Assembly: GCA_973895155.1 (NCBI GenBank) | Contig: OZ316895.1 | Location: 22,642,558 to 22,706,557 of the forward strand | Reading direction: 5' to 3' | Length of the DNA: 64,000 nt | Origin: Marsupella aquatica | Taxonomy: Eukaryota; Plantae; Marchantiophyta | Shown: piece after piece, positions 1 through 13,757 of the stretch | Layout: each line of letters starts with the position of its first letter | Position numbering within the stretch: the stretch's first letter is position 1 | Translations under genes and position numbers: made by a program | Notes under the pieces: generated by a model | The model's input: only the letters and a program-made list of their open reading frames with translations | Database searches by the model: none | What the model was told of the DNA's origin: nothing

Positions 1-278
1 CCTTCATGTATAATTGGGAAAGACATAAATGGACCTACTAGCCAAGCAATTGAAGGCACCTAAGAAAGATTTGTTGGACGCGTGCAAAGGTCAGGAGCTT
101 GGAGAGATAATAATGAAGAAAGAGTGACTGAAAAGCAATGCCTCACGGAAGAAATGGTTCTGCTGGAACTAATTAAGAGTAGTCTGACATATGACGAGTC
201 CCAGGTCCTGTGCAGCTTTCCAGTTTGTGGTAGCTCCCCTTTGCGATGTATGACAGAGCTGTAAGTTTCTTGATGCAG

Positions 279-3200
279 GCACTGGAAGAGGTGGACAAGA
301 ATCTAGTGGCAATGAAGCATATGCTCTTAGGAGAGGGTGATGCAGAGCCGAATCCCGAGCAGGTCTCCCAACTGGCAGTGGAAGCGTGCAAAGATGACTT
401 CCTAGAGCTACTGGTTCAAAAGTTGCCGACCCTTGGATGGGATGTACGTTTTCAATCCTATGTACAACGCTTCTTTCTAGGGTACTGTTTGGTAGTGAGA
501 GGGTTGCGTTTCATCTGTAAGATTCCAGTCGGCAACTTCAGAACGGCGTGCTGCCCTTGTAGTTTACTTCCATGACTATCCGTGGCTGAGTCACCTAACG
601 TAAATTGAAGCTTGAGAGGTACCCAGTTGTTCAGTTCGTGTTTGGATTTGTGCAGGCCAGAAAGGACTCGGTGAATATCTGGTGCGCATTATTGAGGCAG
701 AATGTTGGGGGCAAACAAATTTGCTTGGAGTTGATAGAACAACACACTGAGCTTATTGATTTCCTTGTCTCATGGTAGGTACGTTCCTTGATACGCACAA
801 ATGCATGTGCTCATATTTTCTGTACTTCTCTGGTCAACTGTATTTTTTGCAAAATCGTAAGCTTAGCATTACCGATTTGTGTTTGTTTCTCATAGTAGGT
901 GTGTCCTCATTTTGCTCAAATATATGGGCTTCTTCTCTCCAATCTAGTCTGTTCAAAAGCCCAATCCTCTGACGTGTTCCACCTCAAACACTAATTTTCA
1001 GAGAGCTTTTTAGAAGATGAAAATTTATTGCTACTTCCAAAGAAACTTGTCCCTAAGATTTGTGGAAGGCGTTGTTCACACTCGCATCTGGTTGTGTCAG
1101 CTATGAGACCAAGGAGATTGCTCTAAATTGTGGCAACATGCTCAGGGAATGCGCGAGGTATCCCATCCTGGCGAAGTAAGCCCTAATCCCGTGATATGCC
1201 TACCAGTAGTAGTACATACAGGTTATGAGTGGAGTAGGAGGTACCAAGTGAGATTTCCTTGCTCTTTTGCTAGGGTCTGTGAGTACCTACACGTTGAAAG
1301 AGATTCTGTGTAAGGCAAGCCTATCCACATTTTTTTTCTATTTTATGGTAGTGAGATCATCAGTAATTAGTGTTAGACCTGTTGAAACAGGTACATGCTG
1401 GAGTCAGCAAGCTTTGAGCTATTCTTTAAGTATGTGGAGCTTCCAAACTTTGACATTGCTTCTGATGCATTCTCCACATTCAAGGTTGGGCATACTTACC
1501 TTCATAAACTCAAGCAGTCCCTGGATCTCTTTCTTTGGTATTAATTTGAAGTTTTCGACGGATGATGGAAAGATTTCGTGTCATGTGTTCAGTTAAATAG
1601 AACTAACTGGATTCGAGCAGCTGTTGGGACCTGACGATACTTTTTTTATAATCATTTTTCAATGAGTTCAAATAATATATATTTTTTATGCCCTTGTGCA
1701 GGAGCTTCTCACAAGACATGAGGTGATTGTGTGTGAATACCTCACCAAAAATTATTCACAGGTAATTATTTGCGTAACCAAGTCTATTTTTATCGCCGCT
1801 CGCCAGAAATACAATCCAAAGCTTATGTTATATATCTTCGAGTTTACCGTAGGAGGTAGTATTGTATAATAATATTGAAGTTAGCAGCTTCGTTGGACAT
1901 GCTTGTCTGTGGGCATTTTCTTAAAAGTTCGGATGAATGAGCTTACAGAATAGAACGAGTAGTCGCGCTGTTTTAAAGCACTATCTGGAACGTAAGTATT
2001 GTGACCCGAGTGCAAGTAATTCGATGTTCAGAGAAGAAAGTAGTTTTCTCTCCCTTTTGACCTGGCACCTGACGCTCCTAGTATTTACAGTTTTTTAGGC
2101 TGTACGACAAGCTACTTGGGTCCAACAATTATGTGACACGCCGACAATCCCTCAAAGTAAGCCTTATCCGTACGAGTTGCTGTGCTCCTTACATGTTTTT
2201 TTTTCAAACGAGAGGTTTCTCGGCAGCACTAGGCGATTTCCCTTATTGATTTTGTGAGAGAAATGCGTCTTAGAATAGGTACCAGAGCGACTTTGTATGT
2301 AACCGTGGGGTATTCATTTGTACCCTTTTCGTTGGCAATCTTGAAATGATGTGGAGAGATCTCAAATGGCATTGGAGATAGTCGTTTCAATGCTGATTTC
2401 TACTGTTTGGAATGAAGTTACTGGGAGAATTTCTGCTGGAGCGGTCGAATGCATCAATTATGATGAAGTATATATCAGAAGCGCAAAATTTGCGGATTAT
2501 GATGACACTTATTAAGGTAATTCTTGAAGTCTATCGCTGGGATTCTGTGCATTCACAGAGGTCCAGATTTGTGGTTCGCAGTTTCAGGTCATAGATAGAT
2601 ATTGCTGGAGACAAAGCCTTTGTTGCACCACAACGATGGAGTGGTGTGTCCGAGGGGTTGGACCCTGCACAACTCCCTTGCCAACTGATGACCAGCTGTT
2701 ATCCAATTACGTCAAGGAAAGTCTTTGATGAAATATTGGCATCAATGGTATTGAGTTAATTCAGTTTAAGGTAGTGGGCACCGGCTTAGATGAAGATACC
2801 ATGGTTCACGGGGATGCGCTGTCGACCACATTGAGAGAAATGAGAAAAAGAAGCACATTCGTTACTTCGTACGATTTTCTATTTGTGGCGGCACAGCTCA
2901 TAATCGTTGTCATGGTATGCAGGATCCCAGCAAAAACATCCAGTCATCTGCTTTTCACGTTTTCAAGGTTCAATCTCTGGCCATAACTTTTCTGGAAAAT
3001 ACCATTTTTGGACTAACGTTTTCCGTGTTCTCTCGCTATCTCAGAGTCTTCCATTCGTCCATAGGTGTTTCCAAATGACCTGCTTAAACAAGCGCCGAGA
3101 TAATGCTCTTAACTCTTGTACAGTTATGAAGTGAGATGCTCGGATGGACTTCTAGATGACCAGTGCAGGAGAGTATTCGCGTTGTGAACATCTGGATGAA

Positions 3201-3642
3201 ATCAGGAAAGGATAACTTATTATTAAACGCAGCCTAGTTACTCGTTTGGTGATGTGATGTAGGTCTTTGTTGCGAATCCAAACAAAAGCCCCGAAATTAT
3301 CAAGATTCTAGTTAAAAATCGAGACAGGCTGCTGGAATTTCTAGACAACTTTCACATTGATAAAGGTAAATATTTTCTGTTCTTTCCATTTCCCCCGAAA
3401 GTCTCTGTTTGGGCATACGGATTGATCTAGTCCATCCCCTTCAATGACAACGATCTCACGTGCAACCAAGCTAATTTAAGCAAAGTGGTTTTAGGCAGTA
3501 TCTTATAGTGTTCCATTTGCTTATTCATTATTCATTGTGTTTGTTCATGTATGCAGAGGATGACCAATTCGAAGAGGAGAAAGAACTACTTATTAAGGAG
3601 ATTGAGAGACTTCAACCGCTGTCACACGGTGAAGGATACTAA
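279..3642 (+). CDS. MO25: MO25/CAB39-family scaffold protein (5' end lies upstream of the window)
   Basis: GT-AG exons 279-443, 656-774, 1101-1175, 1391-1484, 1702-1761, 2091-2156, 2418-2516, 2923-2967, 3263-3365, 3557-3642 splice in frame. They give MO25 motifs ALNCGNMLREC, YVELPNFDIASDAFSTFKELLT, NYVTRRQSLKLLGEFLL, AFHVFKVFVANPNKS, DDQFEEEKELLIKEI; stop TAA at 3640-3642. Confidence 0.93.
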
Positions 3643-5502
3643 GAAAGAGGATAAGAACGGGACCCTCTATGCTCCCAGCCAGGATAATAATTCATTTTTA
3701 CTTTCCCCTTTATCATGACGATAATCGAGATTGTCTGTCATCATTTTGACAATCCGGACCATCCTGGGATGCCTTAGACTCGAGTCCTGTCGGAAGTGCA
3801 CATTTGATGCCTTGAAGTCATGGAGTATGTCCTCCTTACAACCTTTGTAAATGGGCTTCTTCTGCTGGCACCTCATCCGGCCAACTATGGAAAGGTGTAC
3901 TGAAGTCATCGGAAACTCTGGTGTCATCGTAATGTTCAGAGCCCAGATGAGTCCTATAGTAAGGGGCAGTGATTTTCCCATTTATTCTCTACTTCTTTTC
4001 AAGGAATAGGGACAAAGAGAAGCTTTCGGAGCCCCTTTTAAGTTTTGGGGTGCCCAATCAGAATGTTCCAAGTCAGTATAGGTCTGCCAAACCACAGTAT
4101 CAGATCTCAGTTCTCATTTTTATTTTTTGGTCCAGGCTCTTCCATCCGTTAGGCGTTGAGGTAGATAGGCTTTAGAATCTAGGAATCTGCAGGCTGGTGT
4201 AAATTTTCAGCTGCTAAGATCTGCGGACCATTGAAATAATTTTGAGAACAATATGAGGAGTTTTGAAGACACTGTTCGAAGTCCATTCTCTATGTTCAAG
4301 TATCCCGCTTCTCTTCAAGTATCCCGCTTCTCGAATTTATTGTTACGCAAGCTCACTCAGGGCCCTTGCGTGACGGATCTTTATTTGTCGTCAGGAATGG
4401 CCCCGCCGAATACATCTATCTTTTAAGTATCTATCACGTACGTTGAAGTTCTCATAAGGGAACAAAAACATAACCAAAGTACTAGACGGACGAGAACACT
4501 CACAAGAAGCGAAAAGACCGTTGGAGTGATTTCACGTCTTCACATTTCGCAATGACGGATGACAGCCGTGAGAGGGATGACTGCCTCAATGGGAAAACCT
4601 GCACCCCTGGTGTGAAGATTGTAAATTCGTCGCTCCAAAAAGTCGTCCCGCGTCTATGAAAACAGAGGGTGGCCTGAGTCCAAGTTGCGCAGTGACGTTG
4701 GTAGTACTTCACTTGCTTGACTGCATAGCCTCGATGATCTTGGAAGTAACGTGAAGTTGGTTTTCAAAGGTTCACCAGGAATTGCAACTTGGCAGCATGC
4801 TATACCACTTCTGGATCTGAAGCTACTATAAAGGTTATAATCCAAGTAATAATCAGTAAACATTGGCTACCATTTAGTCTGCAAAGACTGTCGGGGATGG
4901 TTGAGGCCGAGAAGGCTGGTGTATTGAAATTATGGCACACGAGAGCATGAGATGGATCCAAGGAAGTAATTCCGTTGTTCATATCACTTGTCACTTGTCA
5001 CTTCCTTCTCGAGCAATGTGTCTTAATGCCGTTGTTCCTATCACTAATCAATTGCTCCTCGTTCGGCAATCCTAAATTTTAACCTTAGATACTTCAACCT
5101 ATCAGCAGCCGGCTTTGTGCAAGCTTTTGTTTCGTTTTTTCTGCTACTAATAAAGAAAAGGCATTCCATTGCAAAGCTCCTCACATGCTTCATCCCACAA
5201 TGAAGACATCTGCCCATTCAATTCAGGGCCCAATAAGCCCAAGCTAATTGGAATGTCGAGGAGGCACCAACATTTCTCCACGTTCTGTGGTTGTCCCGTC
5301 CTCGTGAAATAACATTCATCTTCCGTTAATATTACAGAAGTACAACAACTCTGCTCTCGTTTTACACGGAAGCACAGGCTACCTGCTTGCACCACCTTGT
5401 TTCTGTAGTCCTAACGTAGAAAAGCGATTGTAAAGATTTGACTCGAAATTTTCTACTGAGTAGAATTTGTCGACATTCAGTCAACTAAATAAAATCAAGT
5501 GA

Positions 5503-6297
5503 CTACAGAAGGTCGGGGACATTGGGAGCACGATCAACAACGAGATAATCGCCACGGATGTCCTTTGCAACCCTTATCTTGTCGTCCAGGTAGACAGACT
5601 CGAACCAGCCCTGGCCGAACGGTGGAAAGGGGATTTTCCAGCCGCCAACTCGAAGAGACGCATTGGTGAACTTGAAATTCACGCGCTGAGCTGACTCGAC
5701 GTCAATCGTGGAATTCACGAGAAACAATCCCGTCGGAGGGAATGTGATCACATTGTTCAGAGTACGGCTGGCCACATCGATGACCTGAAGAACGTCACCT
5801 GCCTCAGTGCCGAAAAGGTGGGCCTTCTCCACGATGAAGAGCTGCTCCTTCTCAGTCGTCCACAGCATCCGCCACGCCGCACTCAGAGACTCATCGGTGG
5901 TGACAGTCTCAGCGCCGAGCACTGCCAGAGCATCGATGGCTTTGATGATCTCGTCTCTCTTCCGAGGATCCTTTTGAGTGCGAAGGCCCCGCTCTTCCCC
6001 GGCAATCAGTCCCAGCAGATCGTCTCTCGCAAGCTGGGCATTCAGCGTGTCGCTGCTCGTGCCGGAGGTCTTCCAGTCGTCCAGCTGCGCTCCCAATCTC
6101 TTCTCCTTCGTCACTCCGATGCTCCGGCTGCCGAAGGTCGTCCAGTTGTCCAGCTGCGCTCGCAATTTCTTCTCCTTTGTTGCAGATATGACGATGTTTA
6201 TCTGGTTCCTGCTCCTTAACGTGATGAGGTCACTCCGTTCAATTCTCCGTGGCAAAGTTCTAGAGAGAACGAGGCTCGGACAGCAGCAGCTCGCCAT
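5503..6297 (-). CDS. Plastid lipid-associated protein/fibrillin (FBN9/PAP11-like), intronless, with N-terminal transit peptide
   Basis: 264-aa ORF with PAP_fibrillin motifs WRMLWTTEKEQLFI, AGDVLQVID, LNNVITFPP, PFPPFGQGWFESVYLDDKIRVAKDIRGDYLVV; Ser/Arg-rich N-terminus. Confidence 0.92.
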   Translation of the reverse strand: MASCCCPSLVLSRTLPRRIERSDLITLRSRNQINIVISATKEKKLRAQLDNWTTFGSRSIGVTKEKRLGAQLDDWKTSGTSSDTLNAQLARDDLLGLIAGEERGLRTQKDPRKRDEIIKAIDALAVLGAETVTTDESLSAAWRMLWTTEKEQLFIVEKAHLFGTEAGDVLQVIDVASRTLNNVITFPPTGLFLVNSTIDVESAQRVNFKFTNASLRVGGWKIPFPPFGQGWFESVYLDDKIRVAKDIRGDYLVVDRAPNVPDLL

Positions 6298-8049
6298 CTC
6301 TGCTCGACTGCTGCTCAGGACGATGGTCCATCACCTCCTTCGCTGCCTGTTCCTACATAGCGCAAGCGCCATCTGTATGGAGGGGCACTGTCACTCCGTA
6401 TGGATGGCCCTACTATCCCGTCAGCCCAACACTCACTTTCGTCCTGCCCTGGCGCACTGCCACTTGAGGACAGTGGAATCCACAGAAGGCCCGCCCGACG
6501 GCAGAATGGGGAACGGCGGACGGTACCGTGCTTTTCGCTTGCTTATTAGAAGGCAAGGTCATTGTCGCGAAGAATTCACGAAGGAAGCCATAGCTCAAGA
6601 ACGAAGCTATCTTTCAAAGGAGGCCATCTCTCAACGGAAGCCAATCGCTCTACTCATATGATGTTGTGAGTGGTCGCGGTCAGCAGTTCAGGGCTGCAGA
6701 AACACAAATTTCTTAGAAGCTTTCAAGATTCGAGGTGTGTTCAGGGAATCTCTTAGCGCAATCGTTTCTTTTCGTTGTCTTGATCCACACTGGTCTTTTC
6801 CTTTAGGTGAACAAGCATCACTGCTCTACTACATGCGAGCGAGTTCCATTGGTAGAATTCAAACTAGTGAATGGGGGCAGCCGGAGGAGTACTGTTTCCC
6901 GAGCTGGCTTGGACTCAGCTGTTGAAGTTGTGGCAGAGAGGAGACCTTCCTCCCAGTCCGTCAATGTGCCCCTAACTTTTCAGCATGGCATCTACAGACT
7001 ATAGGTGATACTCTGCACGAAGGGAGGAACGAATCATGTCGAAGGACTTGTTATTGGTGTCTGGAATTTCAGTGACAAATTGCTGTGCTATTGATTGTTG
7101 GATGGTGGGATTGTGGACAACAGGACTACTGGTGTTCAGTGGAATGTGAAGAGATTGCGTCAAGCAACACTGACGTGAGCCTTGAATATCTTACAGAGTA
7201 TTAGTATTCTTCAATCTTCAATCTTGAAATTGGAATTTTTTTATTAGACTCTCAAGAAAAACGTAACCAGCAGAAGGAGTACAGGGTAAATCTAGGAATG
7301 ACTAAATCAACGTCCGCGGCGATGCAATCTTGAGAGTATGGGCTAAAAGAGAACGAGAAGAGGGAGTGGAGAGACAAGCGAGAAAATTCTGCAAGAAGAG
7401 GGGGAGGGAGTCATGGTGTGCGAAGAGTTGGTGATTAATTTGATTATTGGTTGTCTATTGGATATCTCGGTTGGCGCATGGGCAACGCTGCCGAGGAAAC
7501 CAACAGGTTTCCAAGAACAGTCAAAGTCCAAATCGGGGTTGGTTACGATGAAGTTAACGAGCCCCCTGAACAGAGAAGTTACTTTTGAGGCGTCGATTGT
7601 GGGAGGTGAATAACCATGTGCACGTCATCAACATGATTCGAGGACGCAGAGTCAGGATCAAAGCGAGGCGAAGATGAAGATCTCTTCGAAGGTTTGTTCT
7701 CTGATTTCTTTGTTTTATGAGTGAATCCTAGTCTGCAGGGATTACGGGTTTGTATTGATCTCATTGCTCTACTTTCTAGTCACGAAAGTGCTGCATAGGT
7801 TCAAACTTCGAAGTAAAGTCTAGCAGCGCTTGGGATGGCAAGACGAGCTTCAATACCTCAATGCACAGTACCTAGATTCTATACTGAACAGACGAAACCC
7901 AGAATTGTATCGGAAGAAGTTGTCTCCACCTGTAAAGAGTAGAGAGGATGCGCGTGCGTTATTACCCTACAAATCCTGAACAGTTCAGGCTCTGTAAGAT
8001 ACATCGACTCAAGAAAAGTCGACGACGTTACTGGCGTAACCCCTTGTCC

Positions 8050-8650
8050 TATGTAGAGGGTGATCAGTTCGGACTCGAGGGAGAAGTTGAGTCCAGATTG
8101 AAGAGGGACAAAAATGTCCTAGTTCTGACTGGAGCTGGAGCCGAAGGTCCTCGCCCAAGCCTGGAATTGAGAGCTCGAGGGGACACCTTGCCACGCAACC
8201 GATCTTTGCTGAAAGGCATGACATCGACCGTAAGTGTTCCGGAAACCCAGCCACAAATTCAAAATGCACCATTTTGGGACCCAAAGGTCGGCACCAACAG
8301 ATGCCTGTTCTTACGGGTGCACCAGGATTGATGAGCCAGGGAGGAGATGTATCCAATTTGCAACCTGAAATTCCATTTCAAGGTAGGTCGACGTATGAAA
8401 CCCCATGTGCAAGTGGCCCAAGAAGACAGATGATGGTACGTCAGAGCTCAGGCCGCCTTGGGCAGCCAAAGAACAACCTGCACCGACGCAGTAGCAATGG
8501 CCTCACAATCAAGCCGTTAACCAGCACATGCCGATGGGGATTAATGGTATGCAGCGGCAGATGTATCAGTTGCCTCAGAACCAGGCCGGTAAGGTCCAGC
8601 CGATGCCGATCGATGGGCAGGGTTCAATTTCAGTCAGAGAGACGGAATTT
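8050..8650 (+). pseudogene. Degenerate LEUNIG-like fragment, paralogous to the central region of the gene at 13758-16848
   Basis: GAEGPRPSLELRARGDT matches GANVPRMSLELRSAGDT; QIQNAPFWDPKVG matches PISNSPLLALKVG; MPVLTGAPGLMSQGGDVSNLQP matches MPNLLGSPGLMNQGGDPSQPQP. Frameshift near 8290-8300. No LisH or WD40 part found nearby. Confidence 0.7.
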
Positions 8651-11595
8651 CATGCGATGGTGGCTTCAATGATAATTGACTAATACATCTCCTCGGCAAT
8701 GCATAACCTGTGATGCTGGAAGTTGGCTGACAGGTAGCACAAACTGATTTCACCTTGATACGCAATAGGGCAGAGTATCCTGTCCTGTGATCTGTTCCAC
8801 TCCACGAGAAGGGAAAAGAAGACGCACGTTAACATTATAAATATGGTGCAACAACGACTCAAAAAGCAGGAATAGATATTTGAGTTCATCACAATGCTAG
8901 GGTCCCCAGAGTCTGGGCCCTTTGGGAACTCGACGAAAGCTTTGACATAGTATTATTAGCAAGGTGAGGTCAGTAGTCTTCAATTTTTGAATGCAAAAAT
9001 GTAGGGTTTAGGGTAAATCTAAACCTTAACATGGACCATGCATTTTCATTTTTCTCATTCTACACGGTACTTAATGAACAAAGCAATCACTTACCATATA
9101 TTTAGAGTTGATGGTTAGGCAGTTCTGAAGAAAAGAAGTCCCACTCTCTGGTCTGTCCATTACCAGGAATTCTGCAATTTGTAATCCTTTGTCAAAGCTA
9201 ATGAGCCTGATGTGTTCTCCCTATGGGGGCCTGTTCGAACCCCTTAGTCATCCTGGTGTTTGACAGCTTCCACCTAATTTTTTTCCGAGTTCAAAAACGA
9301 CGTTTCTCTCATTCTGCTTTCTATCCTTCATAAACTTGTTCTAGGATTTCTCTTCTCCAGATAAAATTTATAACATATCCCCCACAATGATCTTGATTCC
9401 TTCCTCAAAACCTGCTCAACAGTCCTATATATACACTTGCTATTCATCGCGCTCGTAGAATCACGTCTATTTTGTTATTTCCATCTCTTTGGACCTGTCG
9501 CAGAGGAATCTCAGGTCTTGACGTGAAAGCTCTGTTGCCTCCAGTGGGATTTAACTCAAGGATCTGCAAAAGCTCTATATTACCTCCAGTGGAATTGAAC
9601 CCAAGGATCTTCAAATTCAGACTCGAGTTCGGACTGGAGGGCCAGACTAAGTCTACATTAAGTGGACATGGTATCCGGAAATCTGCAGATTATAACGAAT
9701 AACGGAACTCCAGTACCATGAAAATTAAGCAGACTAGTGAAGGCACAAGGCTAAGCAAGGCTCATCTTTCGATACTGGCGATCAAGCTCGCGAGAGAAAT
9801 GGCTAAAAGTTAGCAAACCTAAAAGAAAGAATTGAACCGGTATCGACCAGCAAAAGTAGATATTTCAATTAGGCTAGGATTCGACCAGGTTCTGGAGGAG
9901 GGAAGATTTTGGTAATACTGAAAATGAACAACCTAAAACAAAGAACTGAGATGTATTTCAATTAGGCTACAAGCTGGAGAAGGGAAGATTTTGGCAGTAT
10001 TTGGCCAATTAAAAAATCACAGGCAACAATAGTTACAATTGTAGTGTCATCTTAGCTTGTGCCAAAAAAAAGCAACTGATTACTAGAATTTTGTACAATA
10101 CCAACAAAATAGTTTTAGAGTATTCATGAAACATCAGAGTAGTTTGGTGATACAAATTTAAGAATGTTATAAGCATTTTGATGTAAACACTGACTTTGCA
10201 TTGAATGCATTATCTTTAAAATTAAAAAGTAACAAGAACAGGAATATTAGCTTCTTGACTAAAGCATTAAAAGGGGGGTTGTACAAACTAATTTCACTTT
10301 AATTTCATATTAAAGACTATAATACAAGGTTGGACCACTTTTTAGAGCGGTAGTCATTTTTAAACCCTGCAAATTTAAAATCTGGTCAAAGGTAAGTAAT
10401 AAAGCCAAAGTGTGAATTGAGTTTAGTGTGAATCACAAAAAGTTGCACCACTGTCTAAGACAAGCAAAAAATAATCGCATGAGTCATCTACAAAAAAAGT
10501 GAAAGAGTTTAACACAATGCACCAGGATCAAGGAGGATACTCACTCCGTGATCCATGCAAGGAAGTATTGTACATACTCACATGCAAATAAGTTTTGTAC
10601 ATATTCAATATTGTGTGCAACAAAATTTTGTATAATACTGGTAAGAGGAGTTTAATTGCGAATAATATTTTAGTCAATAGAGTATTACATACACTAATCA
10701 ATAAAAAACTGTTCTCGCACTATTTGTGGTGATTTTTACAGTCAGTTACACTGTCATTTCAATGCCAAAAAAACAAAAGTAATAAGGCCCAAAGACATAG
10801 TGAAGTGTATGGCATAGGCGTTTGATGGCAAGGTGTTGGGCGAGGGGCACACTCAACCACCATGTAGAGCACAATGCACCAGACTATGGAACACTTTTTG
10901 GTGGTCCATGAGAGTTTTGTGCTTATAACTTGATGATTATGAGTCTTTAAAATAGTTTTTAGTTTTCAAGCTCCAAGGCAACTAGAGAAGAAGAAGTCCA
11001 AATACTTCATATTAACACAATGAGAACTAATCTAATAGGATTTACCCCTTCACATTCTATAATGAATAACTCATTCAACCAAAATGGCCCAAAAATCACC
11101 CCAGTGTGATGGAAGTGTAGCTTACCTACTGTTTAGGGTTTTGAAATAAAGATTGTCAATAAAGATGTTTAATTTACAATACCACCAATGTTTTTATTAT
11201 ATTGATAAATATGTCACGGTTTCATATATATAAAGATGACAAATTCAACAAAGCAACAAAGGTGGAAATAGACAAAACCCATGGTATATTGTTAATACAA
11301 AAAGAAAAAACCATCAGTATTATCAATTTGAGCATCTTTAGTGACAAACTAATTAAAAGTTGTTCATTTCCTTGGGCCCCACTACTTGCCATGTATAACT
11401 AGTACCTGAATGAGTACAGTTATGTAAAGCCATTGCAACCATTTCCATTCCAGTTAGGTAAAGCCATTGCAACCATTTCCATTCATTACAGAGTACAGAT
11501 TTAATCTATGTGGGCATGGAAATAAAGTATGGGTCCCTCTTGTAAAGTCACCCTAAGGGCCACCCTGTTAAACATGCGAGACAACATGCTGTGTG

Positions 11596-11803
11596 TGTTG
11601 AGCAAAGATGACATCCACAACAGCAAGCCCATGAACCATGAAACGCACAAATACTCGACATAGAGGTGATCGAGGTTACGTGCACGGGAACATACGAGAG
11701 CTTTATTGCACTCTAGGCCCATCAACTTTGTCGAGTCTCCGCATTACAAGATCTCCCTAACTATCTCTCAATTGACTCCATAATAATGAGCCTGAGTTCC
11801 CAC
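11596..11803. repeat. Dispersed repeat, copy A (diverged second copy at 30058-30277); probable TE/LTR remnant
   Basis: Colinear shared blocks tgttgagcaaaga, gcaagyccatgaa, agctttaytgcactctaggcc, ctatctctcaa, aatgagcctragtt. Confidence 0.6.
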
Positions 11804-13180
11804 TATCCAAATAAACATTGTTTGGGATATAGTGCTCAGCCAAGTTAACTGAACCTAGTTTGTGACTAAGATAAGCTCTAACTATGGTCACAATTTGTAA
11901 CCCTAGATTAAGAATAAAACCTAAGAGTGTGGTCTATTAGGGCAAATTTTCAGCCATCTTTACTTTTTAGTCATTGCTACCTTGTGCGAAGGAATGCTCA
12001 TAATATTTTTATCTAGTTTTCCTTTATTAATTTTGACAGTTAAATCTCCCTAGATTTAAGGATGATTTGCACATTTCAAGGAAGGATGATTGCACATTCT
12101 GGCAAATTGTGTATCTCTTGGGTATCCCCCTAGGTTGGAAACGGGCTCATCCAAAATAAGAAAAACCTGGCTATTCTTTAGCGAAGTGAAACTTGGCTCA
12201 TTTTTTGCCATTTTGCTAAGATGCCTCTGTTAGGTCCCTCAAGTCCCTCAGTTCCGTCTGGTTGACGTCCAGAGGATGTTATTAAATCTCCTGTGTACCC
12301 ATGGCCATAGCTACCCGCACCCTTCTTACTGTCTGTAATTTCTATTGGAGACCAACAGGTATCGATGAATGCAAAGGCCAACAAGCATAGCAAGTCAAAA
12401 GTCTAGGAGCATGGCGACACACCTGCATAAGGCCAAACACTTAGGACAAAGTCCAATGCAAAGGTACACCTGTGGTTCAAGAATTGCCAATATTATGACA
12501 ATGTGGTTCTGTTTAATTCGGAATCTTGTGTTCAAGTATGGCTGGCAGAACTACTTTAGTTGTCGAACCTGCAGAAACTAAGGCCTCGCCTGTCTGTTGA
12601 GTCCGTCCGAGTTCACTAACTGTATCCGGCACGTCAGTTTCCTACTGTCGGAGTGAGAATAAGGCAAGCCCATCCTACCAGCCAAACAGTATCGTCCAGA
12701 ATGCCTTCCCATCTCAGATTTGTCGTCCACTCTCATACAATAATGAGATGGACAAACTTTCCAAGGTCATCTATAATTGGATTTCCATCCATTTTCCATC
12801 TCGTTAGAAACAGCACCCGCCAGCTCGATGAAGATGGTCACCTGGATCGACTCCACATCATTCTCAGAATTTTCGTCTCGAGCTTGCAGCACAAACTCGG
12901 GATAGACGTCATTCCATAAGAAATCCACAAGACAGTATATCTGGCCGGAATTGTGGATGTGAACTCGGAATCTAGGTACCTTTGCAGTATGATGGTGGTA
13001 GCTGTTTCACCATCGCCCAGGGTGCCGGCTTGTCAGCTAATTTAGTTTATCAGAGGTCGTCTCTCTCGGGTTCAGTGTCGTATACCTTCCATCAATCTCG
13101 TCTCCTGGCTGTCAGGCGCGCATGAAATTCTCCGCACCTTTGATCCTCGATCTGATATGTGAGCTTCAAACCAGCTTCTG

Positions 13181-13258
13181 ATGGTGGAAGTTTGTATTCG
13201 TGAGATCCGTAACTGTCCATCATAATTAAGCTCGACCACCCTCATCTAGCTCCGGATC
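13181..13258 (+). repeat. 78-bp dispersed direct repeat (second copy at 28155-28232)
   Basis: atggtggaagtttgtattcgtgagatcc...ctgtccatcataattaagctcgaccaccctcatctagctccggatc; 4 mismatches between copies by eye. Confidence 0.85.
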
Positions 13259-13757
13259 CGTAACGTTTGCTTGACGTTCATTCGAGCAAAACGTCAAGCA
13301 AAAGTAAACTCTGGATCTAAATCTGTGTCGATCTGCTACATAAAGCACATAACATGAGAGAACCTACTGTCTACCAATACGTTCAAATATCGAGTGTTTA
13401 TGCAGTAGAAAAGCTTCAGTATGTCCTGGCTCAGTAGGCATAGGGAAGCGACTTCTCTTACTCTCTCTGACCATTGTGACGTTTATCTGTAAAGTATATA
13501 TGCAAAGAAGCTTAAGCAACATTCATCAATATCTTGGCAAGTTTCTACGTCTTCGAGGTCTCATATGTACAAATCTCGTTATAGGGCTGGCTTGGATTAC
13601 ATTGGGCGGATTCAGAATCACCAGTGCTCCAGTACTCTCGATTGTAATGATGTAGAGGAAGAGTACGTACTGCTCTTCAAATTGATGCTGAGATGTTGGT
13701 GGAAGGTTAAATTAGGTGAACGTACTGTGGCCTGGGTTCCCAAGTCGCCCCGTCACG

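Noticed and set aside
5818-6661. 133-aa and 227-aa plus-strand ORFs
   Set aside because: Antisense shadows of the GC-rich fibrillin CDS with no recognisable protein features.
6807-7004. Resemblance of HHCSTT..VEFKL to the ORF upstream of LUG (HQCSST..LLFKL)
   Set aside because: Too short and gapped to distinguish from chance.
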